DNA of 61,554 nucleotides from Gammaproteobacteria bacterium (GTDB lineage Bacteria; Pseudomonadota; Gammaproteobacteria; Francisellales; CACEW01): NCBI GenBank assembly GCA_020050355.1, contig JAGVKT010000036.1, positions 67,115 to 128,668 of the forward strand, read 5' to 3'. Shown piece by piece: positions 51,598 to 61,554 of this stretch (position 1 is its first letter; each line of letters starts with the position of its first letter). The notes under the pieces were generated by a model. It saw only the letters and a program-made list of their open reading frames with translations, ran no database searches and was not told where the DNA came from. The position numbers and the translations under genes were made by a program.

Positions 51598-52863
51598 ATG
51601 TCACTAAATGTTTGGTTAGAAAAGCTCGCAGCAACACCGCATTATACCAACATACCCGCACCTACACGCCTACAAGAAATTCTAACACGTCTGGAATTAA
51701 AAAAATCTTTTTTTATGATTACCATTGCAGGTACCAACGGCAAAGGAACTACCGCATACCTACTTGCAAATTATTATTACCAGCAAGGCATGAAGGTAGG
51801 CTTATTTACCTCTCCACATTTACATCAATTTAATGAGCGCATTTGGATTGCGGGACGCTATGCCACAGATGAAGAGTTAAGTACAGCATTTGAAAAAATA
51901 AAAGCTGCACAACAAGACACAGTGCTAACCTATTTTGACTATGCATTTTTAGCAAGTTTACTACTTTTTAAAAAACATAAAGTAGATTTAACATGTATAG
52001 AAGTGGGAATAGGAGGGCGCTTAGATTCCACTAATGCTTTAGATGCCGACTTTGCCATAATTACCACCATAGATTTTGATCACATGGCGCAACTCGGCAA
52101 CACAAGAGCAGCAATTGGTTTAGAAAAAGCCGGCATTATGCGTCCCAACGTACCTTGCGTTTGCGGTGATTTAAATACACCAACAAGCATCAAAGAATAT
52201 GCCAAAAATATCCAAGCCAAACTTTTTTGTCGCCAGCAAGACTTTACGATTATAGAGAAAAAACATTACTGGTCCCTAAAAACCACTACCAATACGGTAA
52301 CCAATTTAATTTATCCCAAACATATACCTTCACAAAATGCAGCAACAGCACTGATGAGCATTTTAAAGTTAACATCGTTAATAAAGGCTCCATTTGATTC
52401 CGAACTTTTTAATAAATTATTAGATACTTTAAGTGTTCCTGGACGCATGCAGATCGTTAAACAACAACCACAAATATTGGTAGATGTTGCTCACAACGCT
52501 GAATCAGTATGCTATCTTGCTAAAACTATTTCTATAAGGAAAAAGCGGGGCAGTACATATGCTTTATTTTCCGCACTTGCAGATAAAGATATCGCAGCAA
52601 TGCTCAAGCCTATAACACCATTGATAGACTATTGGTATCTTTATGCACTAAAAAATCAAAGAGCAGCATCATTAGATCAATTAAAAAAAGAAATCTTATT
52701 TTTAAACCCTACAGCAACAATCAAGATCATCAAAAACCTAGAAGATTTAATTATTGGCCAAAGCTCTACTTTACAAAAAGAGGATCGTTTAATTGTATTC
52801 GGATCATTTATCTTAGTAGATGATTTTTTAAAAATAGCGGACTTGCACAACATTAGGCCTTAA
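51598..52863 (+). CDS. folC: Bifunctional folylpolyglutamate/dihydrofolate synthase
   Basis: AGTNGKGTT, FTSPHL, EVGIGGRLDSTN, DVAHN, VFGSF. Confidence 0.94.
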   Translation: MSLNVWLEKLAATPHYTNIPAPTRLQEILTRLELKKSFFMITIAGTNGKGTTAYLLANYYYQQGMKVGLFTSPHLHQFNERIWIAGRYATDEELSTAFEKIKAAQQDTVLTYFDYAFLASLLLFKKHKVDLTCIEVGIGGRLDSTNALDADFAIITTIDFDHMAQLGNTRAAIGLEKAGIMRPNVPCVCGDLNTPTSIKEYAKNIQAKLFCRQQDFTIIEKKHYWSLKTTTNTVTNLIYPKHIPSQNAATALMSILKLTSLIKAPFDSELFNKLLDTLSVPGRMQIVKQQPQILVDVAHNAESVCYLAKTISIRKKRGSTYALFSALADKDIAAMLKPITPLIDYWYLYALKNQRAASLDQLKKEILFLNPTATIKIIKNLEDLIIGQSSTLQKEDRLIVFGSFILVDDFLKIADLHNIRP

Positions 52864-52897
52864 TTTAAACTGAAAAAAATTCAAGGAGCAGAGGAAA

Positions 52898-53539
52898 ATG
52901 CTACAAAACCTTAATTTCGTAGATTACATTATTTTGGGCTTACTGGGCGTTTCAATTTTTCTAGGGTTCATTCATGGCTTTATCCGTAGCATTCTTTCAG
53001 TTTGTGTATGGATTGCAGCTTTTTTTATCTCTGCTTTTTATGGCCCTCATCTTGCTACTACTTTTTCATTAGTTACAAACAATCCTGAATGGCAATTATG
53101 GCTTTCTTATGGCACCGTTTTTATTGCTGCTATTATTATTGGCTTTGTCGTTAAATTAATTTTGAATTTAATACTCACTGGCGGTAATACAGGAATCTTA
53201 AATCGTTTTTTTGGTGCTCTTTTTGGTAGCATGCGTGGCGCCTTGATTGTAGCATTATTTATTTGGTTTGCGATTTTAGCAGGAATGAATCAGACACCAG
53301 CATTCGAAAATTCAAGGTTGATTCCTGTATTTACTGATCTGGTTACACTCCTAGAATCATGGTTTCCCCAAATCAATCAACAAGCCCAAACCACACTAAA
53401 TTCTATAAACCCAAATCCTCAAATAGGAAACAATACTCAAAGCATGAACCAGGCCCTAGCATCTCAAAACGCAAAGTCAGGTTCTGGATTTAGTGATTTG
53501 GTCACATTCGTAAAATCATGGCTTTCCAAAATTAATTAG
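52898..53539 (+). CDS. cvpA: CvpA family membrane protein
   Basis: N.VDYII, GF..GFIR, NRFFGALFG..RG; follows folC. Confidence 0.88.
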   Translation: MLQNLNFVDYIILGLLGVSIFLGFIHGFIRSILSVCVWIAAFFISAFYGPHLATTFSLVTNNPEWQLWLSYGTVFIAAIIIGFVVKLILNLILTGGNTGILNRFFGALFGSMRGALIVALFIWFAILAGMNQTPAFENSRLIPVFTDLVTLLESWFPQINQQAQTTLNSINPNPQIGNNTQSMNQALASQNAKSGSGFSDLVTFVKSWLSKIN

Positions 53540-53627
53540 CAGATCTAAGCACACTAAAGAGCAATTTCTTGGTGCCTCTAAATTCTATTTTAAAAATATT
53601 CAATCAAATTCAAAATTTACACCATGC

Positions 53628-54590
53628 CTAATGAACAGAGTTAAGGGCATAAGTTAACACTTTATTTATATATTCATGAAATAAATTTTTATCTACAGCT
53701 CTACCAAGCTCATATAGGGTTGTCGGGCTAGTAATATTTATTTCAGTAATACAACCTCCAATAATATCAAGACCCACCAAACTCAAGTTCTCTTTCTGGA
53801 TAAATGGCTTGAGCTGCGCACATATATCTAAATCACGTTTTGATAGATCATCAAAAGCGTACGAACCACCAGCGGCAAGGTTAGCTCTGATTTCTCCCGC
53901 TTTCGGAGTACGCACTAAAACTTTAGTAACCGGCTCACCATAAAATAAAATAATTCTTCGATCCCCTTGAGTAAGTACTTCGGGTAGATATTTTTGTGCA
54001 ATAACCGGACGCTTACCGTGTTGGGTTAAGACCTCACACACCACTGAAAAATTAACATCTCCAGCCTTAAGATGAAACACATTAGCGCCGCCCATGCCAT
54101 CTAATGGTTTTATAATAATTTCCCCATGTGCTAACCAAAATTTACGAAGATCTTCTTTATTTGCTGAGACGACGCTCAAAGGCATGAGTTCAGGAAAATT
54201 AAAAATCACCAATTTTTCATTAAAATTTCTTAGTGCTTGAGGAGGGTTGGTGACATATACACCTTGATGCTCCGCTCGATCCAATAAATATGTCATAAAA
54301 ACATAGTCGATATTAAACGGTGGATCTTTTCTGACAATAATTACATCCATTTCAGCAAGAGCACAACTACTGGTCAAACCTTGTTGATACCAAATAGGTT
54401 TTGATAAATCTGCAGATAAAAGAGGTGTCAAATGCGCATAAGCTTGCTGATTTTTTAAAAATAAATCTTGCGCCTCAAAAAAATATACTTTACAACCCAA
54501 CTGCAAGCTTGCAGCCATCATTCCAATACTGCTATCATGATGCGGTAATAAAGTATCAATAGGATCGATAAGAAAAGCGATATTGCGCAT
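53628..54590 (-). CDS. gshB: Glutathione synthetase
   Basis: RKDPPF, NEKL, KPLDGMGG, RANLAAGG, EINITSPT; true start likely MRNIAF (54590). Confidence 0.95.
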   Translation of the reverse strand: MRNIAFLIDPIDTLLPHHDSSIGMMAASLQLGCKVYFFEAQDLFLKNQQAYAHLTPLLSADLSKPIWYQQGLTSSCALAEMDVIIVRKDPPFNIDYVFMTYLLDRAEHQGVYVTNPPQALRNFNEKLVIFNFPELMPLSVVSANKEDLRKFWLAHGEIIIKPLDGMGGANVFHLKAGDVNFSVVCEVLTQHGKRPVIAQKYLPEVLTQGDRRIILFYGEPVTKVLVRTPKAGEIRANLAAGGSYAFDDLSKRDLDICAQLKPFIQKENLSLVGLDIIGGCITEINITSPTTLYELGRAVDKNLFHEYINKVLTYALNSVH

Positions 54591-54654
54591 AATGAGACCT
54601 AAAAGAATTTTAGAGTCCATTATATCTAACCCCTGATCAACTGAGGAGTGCGTC

Positions 54655-55281
54655 ATGAATAAATACAAAAGCCTTTTGCTGGGCGTCACATTAAGCTCAT
54701 TTATATTTACTGCAGAAGCAATAGACATGGTTGCACAACCAGTGGTAGGTGATACTTTAAACGGCGTAGCAGTAGCGTTTCAAACCAGCCCTTTACCACA
54801 AAATTTAAAAATGCTTAAAACCGCCAAACTCTCTAGTCGAAATTACCTTATTGCTGATAACAATGGTCAACAACAATATTTTCAAATATATTATGTTGAT
54901 GCCAACAACAATGGCAGCTTAGAATATGTCATCACCCAAATGAATCCCAGCGGAATAGGCCCTTCACAAATTATTGATGCCTTTACAATGAATAACAACC
55001 AACTCAATTTTTTAGGCTTTAATCAAGTTGCAGCGCAATCTTTAGGCGTAGGAAGCAGTTTAATTCCATGTAAAAATTGGTACTGTAATCTTGCAAGCCC
55101 CCCATTTATTTATCAAGGAAATTTCTGGTTTATGCGCTTTACCAACAGTAATGGGCAAACCTGTCAATATCTCTGGAAAAATAACCAAATTACCAATCAG
55201 CCTCAAGTTGCAGGATGTATAGGTAATCAAGCAGCAACCACTCAGCCCAATCCAGCAGCAGTATCAACAAAAAATTATTAA
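54655..55281 (+). CDS. Hypothetical secreted protein
   Basis: GAGGAG RBS, signal peptide (AEA), DANNNG Ca-loop-like motif, four Cys. Confidence 0.65.
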   Translation: MNKYKSLLLGVTLSSFIFTAEAIDMVAQPVVGDTLNGVAVAFQTSPLPQNLKMLKTAKLSSRNYLIADNNGQQQYFQIYYVDANNNGSLEYVITQMNPSGIGPSQIIDAFTMNNNQLNFLGFNQVAAQSLGVGSSLIPCKNWYCNLASPPFIYQGNFWFMRFTNSNGQTCQYLWKNNQITNQPQVAGCIGNQAATTQPNPAAVSTKNY

Positions 55282-55299
55282 TTTATTAAGATAAAGACG

Positions 55300-55623
55300 A
55301 TGCCTTTTGTAGTTACCGAAGCATGTATTAAATGCAAATATACCGACTGTGTTGAAGTTTGTCCCGTAGACTGTTTCTACGAAGGTCCCAATATGTTGGC
55401 AATCAATCCAGACGAATGCATTGATTGTGCGCTATGCGAACCCGAATGCCCAGTAGATGCTATCAAATCAGAAGATGACGTCCCAGAAGAGCAAAAAGAG
55501 TTTATGAAACTTAATAAAGAACTCTCCCAAAATTGGCCCAACATCAATAAGCGTAAACCAGCACTAGCCGACGCCGAACAGTGGAAAAACATTAAAGAAA
55601 AAAAACATTTATTACAACGTTAA
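55300..55623 (+). CDS. fdxA: 7Fe ferredoxin
   Basis: [30 protein letters not shown]. Confidence 0.95.
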   Translation: MPFVVTEACIKCKYTDCVEVCPVDCFYEGPNMLAINPDECIDCALCEPECPVDAIKSEDDVPEEQKEFMKLNKELSQNWPNINKRKPALADAEQWKNIKEKKHLLQR

Positions 55624-55674
55624 ATTATCTAATATTCTAAGATCGTTTATCAGTCAACCAATCCTCAAAAATAT

Positions 55675-55703
55675 TTGCATTTACCCCCATCCTATGGTAA
55701 ATT
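55675..55703 (+). promoter_or_regulatory. Sigma70 promoter of rplY
   Basis: TTGCAT, 17-nt spacer, TGG-TAAATT. Confidence 0.5.
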
Positions 55704-55710
55704 GTCGCCT

Positions 55711-55732
55711 CTCTTGCTGGTCGCGGCAAGAG
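55711..55732 (+). promoter_or_regulatory. rplY leader hairpin, probable L25 ribosomal leader
   Basis: CTCTTGC-TGGTCGCG-GCAAGAG; a TGGTCGC-type loop is typical of gammaproteobacterial rplY leaders. Confidence 0.55.
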
Positions 55733-55758
55733 CTTAATTTAACTAAAAGGAAACACTC

Positions 55759-56469
55759 ATGAGCAGTCAACATTTTGTTATCAATGCCCAAACTCGTGAA
55801 ACATCAGGGAGAAGTGCGAGCCGCTGCCTACGTCGTCAGGAGAAATTGCCAGGCATTATCTATGGTGCTAAAAAAGACCCACAAACTTTAACTTTTGATC
55901 ATAACGAAATCCTTCATGCGTTAGAACATGAAGCATTTTATTCATCAATTATTGAGATCAAAATTGATGGCAACAATACACAAAAAGCAGTTATCAAAGA
56001 CTTACAACGCCATGCATATAAACCAAAATTAATGCATATTGATTTTTTACGTGTAGATGAGAATACCGAAATTCATATTCACGTACCGCTCCACTATGTA
56101 GGCACCTGTACCGCAGTAGAAGAAGAGGGCGGTGTTATTAACCACTTAATGAATGAAGTTGAAGTGGTTTGCTTACCTAAAGATTTACCTGAATATATTG
56201 AAGTAGATATTTCAAATCTAAAACTTGATGAAACGATTCATTTATCACAATTAAAAATCCCTGCCGGCGTACAGCTTGCTGAACTAATCCACGGCAATGA
56301 CGCTGGAGTTGCTAACGTTCATATTCCACGCGCTAGCAAAGAAGATGAAGCCGCAGATGCAGCCGAAGCTGCCGCAGCAACTGAAGCCGGAGAAGCTGCA
56401 GCCGCACCAGCTGAGGGTGCAGCAAAAGCCCCGACAGATGCTAAACCTGCTGCAGAGGAAAAAAAATAA
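55759..56469 (+). CDS. rplY: 50S ribosomal protein L25 / Ctc (long form)
   Basis: PGIIYG, QRHAYKP..HIDF.R, CLPKDLPEYIEVD, Ala/Glu tail. Confidence 0.95.
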   Translation: MSSQHFVINAQTRETSGRSASRCLRRQEKLPGIIYGAKKDPQTLTFDHNEILHALEHEAFYSSIIEIKIDGNNTQKAVIKDLQRHAYKPKLMHIDFLRVDENTEIHIHVPLHYVGTCTAVEEEGGVINHLMNEVEVVCLPKDLPEYIEVDISNLKLDETIHLSQLKIPAGVQLAELIHGNDAGVANVHIPRASKEDEAADAAEAAAATEAGEAAAAPAEGAAKAPTDAKPAAEEKK

Positions 56470-56472
56470 CCT

Positions 56473-58294
<1,822 letters not shown>

Positions 58295-58298
58295 TGCA

Positions 58299-58454
58299 TT
58301 ACGAAGACAGTAGTTGCATAATCACATAATCTTGCTGAATGTCTTTTTCCAAGTTAAAAAAATATTGTAACAGATGAAAAGCAGCCAACATAAACATACT
58401 TAAAAGCAACAGTGCAATTAAAGTTTCAAATAAAGAAAAACCATTTTCATTCAT
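58299..58454 (-). CDS. Minimal 51-aa prepilin-like protein (class III signal, PilV/pseudopilin-like)
   Basis: MNENG|FSLFETLIALLLLSMFMLAAFHLLQYFFNLEKDIQQDYVIMQLLSS*; G-1/F+1/E+5; start overlaps the pagL stop (TAATG); below ORF-track cutoff. Confidence 0.75.
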   Translation of the reverse strand: MNENGFSLFETLIALLLLSMFMLAAFHLLQYFFNLEKDIQQDYVIMQLLSS

Positions 58455-59008
58455 TAGAAGTTATATCCTAAAGTCATTAAGCACGGCACACTAAAACCAC
58501 TATTGTGGCTAGAAATATTTGCATTTGAATAATGCAAAGATTGAACAGTCATATAAAATTGCTGGCGCTGGCCAAACGTTAAACCAAGACCACCCATATC
58601 TTGAAATTCTAATTTTGAACCCAAATTACGATTACCAAAATAACTATTAGACAGATAAGCACCGCCAACACTGCCTTGCAGAAATGGTGTTACATAAGAA
58701 TTTTTGAAAAAATACCAGCGAAGCACAGGTGCTATAGCATAAGTATCAATATTAGAATAAAGCCCATCATAAGCACCAGTATGCCAATGCCCATAGCTAA
58801 AATTAAAGCCTAAAGTAAATCTACCCCAAACCCAAGAATCTGGTTGCAAAGTATAAGCAAAATTATATCCATCTATATCAATAGGATTAGAGCGATACAA
58901 CCAATCATTGCCATAAGAAACAGCAACACCTTGTTGTAAAGAAAATCCCAAGACAGGTGCTATCAACAAACCACTGAGTAAGCCTAACGGCAAGAGCTTG
59001 TACTTCAC
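58454..59008 (-). CDS. pagL: Lipid A 3-O-deacylase PagL-like acyloxyacyl hydrolase
   Basis: Signal peptide, APVLRW, PF..GSVG, LGS..EFQD, HYSNA catalytic motif, C-terminal GYNF. Confidence 0.82.
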   Translation of the reverse strand: MKYKLLPLGLLSGLLIAPVLGFSLQQGVAVSYGNDWLYRSNPIDIDGYNFAYTLQPDSWVWGRFTLGFNFSYGHWHTGAYDGLYSNIDTYAIAPVLRWYFFKNSYVTPFLQGSVGGAYLSNSYFGNRNLGSKLEFQDMGGLGLTFGQRQQFYMTVQSLHYSNANISSHNSGFSVPCLMTLGYNF

Positions 59009-59032
59009 ATCGACTCCTTATTATTAAATGAT

Positions 59033-60547
<1,515 letters not shown>

Positions 60548-60552
60548 AAATA

Positions 60553-60640
60553 TATACCCATCATACTCAATTCAAAATACAATTTAGCAACTTGAATCCT
60601 ATGTTACCTAAAGCGTTAGAATAGGCCACACAGGATCCAA
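60553..60640. repeat. Remnant of the ERIC-like family
   Basis: TATACCCATCATACTCAA resembles the 58134 terminus; residual IR TTGAATCCT/AGGATCCAA; right terminus not evident. Confidence 0.45.
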
Positions 60641-60656
60641 TTTTATTAAAGAGTTT

Positions 60657-61163
60657 TTAAGAATTTTTCTTCATGGCTGCAATAACTTGCGGTGTAATAT
60701 CTACCGTACTGTCATTATAGATTGCCGTCTGGCTGCTTAACACTAAGTGATAGCCATTGGCTTTAGATATTTGATCTACTACAACTTTCATGCTATTACC
60801 AAAAGCCGTCAGCAATTGCTGCTGATTTTGTCTTAAAGTTGCCTGATAAGCGTTAATGCTATTCTGTAGTTGTTGTTGCTGGGAAACAAGACTTGCTTGT
60901 TGTGCATTTCTCTGATCAGTCGGCAAATTGGCTTGTTGCGCTTGGAAAGCTTGGATTTTTTTATTTAAAGCATTTTGTTGATTTTGTAATTGGTTCGCTT
61001 GTGGAGCATATTTTTTTTGTATCTTTGCAAATGCAGGTTGACCTTGCGGTACCTGCTGAAACACTTGAGTTAAGTTAACAACTGCAATATCAGATGCAGC
61101 AAATAGATTGCTACTAACTGTTAAAGCAGCAGTTATGATTAGGGTCTTAAAAATATTACGCAT
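60657..61163 (-). CDS. skp: Skp/OmpH periplasmic chaperone
   Basis: Signal peptide, IAVVNL.QVFQQVPQ, long Gln-rich coiled coil, GY.LVL, DIT.QV. Confidence 0.85.
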   Translation of the reverse strand: MRNIFKTLIITAALTVSSNLFAASDIAVVNLTQVFQQVPQGQPAFAKIQKKYAPQANQLQNQQNALNKKIQAFQAQQANLPTDQRNAQQASLVSQQQQLQNSINAYQATLRQNQQQLLTAFGNSMKVVVDQISKANGYHLVLSSQTAIYNDSTVDITPQVIAAMKKNS

Positions 61164-61191
61164 GTTTATCTCCTTTGATTGATTATCAATG

Positions 61192-61554
61192 TTAATTAAA
61201 TACCGCAACTACGTTTACTAAAGCTTGCCAACCATTATCACTATTTGTTACTTGAGTGAGCGTCAAAGGTTTCGCTAGAGTCATACCTATTTGCAAGGTT
61301 TTAGAAATTAGCATATTTAAACCAACACCCATAGAGGACGCACTGGCACCAGAGACAGTACCGGCAAGCGCCTCATTGCTACCAACTACTCCAGCACTAT
61401 AAAAAATTTCTGGTTGTAATAAATTAATTTGCCAAAAATTAGGTAAATTATAACGTAAAGCAAAATCACCAAATACACCATTATCACCAGAAATGATATA
61501 AGGTGTAAAACCTTGACCAAACATCATACCACCATAACCAATTTGCTCTGAGGA
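61192..61554 (-). CDS. ShlB/FhaC/HecB-like (TpsB/Omp85) outer-membrane protein, C-terminal part only
   Basis: Open to window edge: SSEQIGYGGMMFGQGF....ISGDNG, GVGL, LAKPL, terminal VFN. Confidence 0.65.
   Translation of the reverse strand, partial: SSEQIGYGGMMFGQGFTPYIISGDNGVFGDFALRYNLPNFWQINLLQPEIFYSAGVVGSNEALAGTVSGASASSMGVGLNMLISKTLQIGMTLAKPLTLTQVTNSDNGWQALVNVVAVFN

Noticed and set aside
54591-54728. N-terminal extension of GshB in the ORF track, overlapping the divergent secreted-protein gene
   Set aside because: GshB homology begins at MRNIAF (54590); the extension is an artefact of choosing the longest ORF

Overview
AT-rich chromosomal segment of a Gammaproteobacterium. Gene content and order (rplI-dnaB-alr, NadM-Nudix, orphan regulator, effector-like ORFs) suggest a host- or protist-associated Legionellales/Thiotrichales-like organism; this placement is inference. 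About 52 kb is compact housekeeping DNA with many normally conserved operons broken up (thrS-infC without rpmI-rplT, isolated truB, fabG, tgt). An ~8 kb accessory block lies between a tRNA-Pro/Arg/His operon and thrS. It carries RhuM-Fic/Doc, an MBL hydrolase, an ABM protein, AlaX, a DUF1640 protein, a SAM methyltransferase with a mitochondrial-presequence-like N-terminus, an ANT(9)/AadA-like enzyme, and a 578-aa zinc-deaminase-motif protein with NLS-like basic clusters that is bracketed by direct repeats. Features missing from the ORF track: a family of ERIC-like palindromic elements with TATACC termini, one of which inserted into and rewrote the 3' end of tgt; a 51-aa prepilin coupled to pagL; the ATT start of infC; and the truncated gstA at the left edge. 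An internally duplicated orphan membrane protein follows alr. No CRISPR array, rRNA, integrase or transposase was seen. All family assignments come from motif recognition by eye, not database searches.
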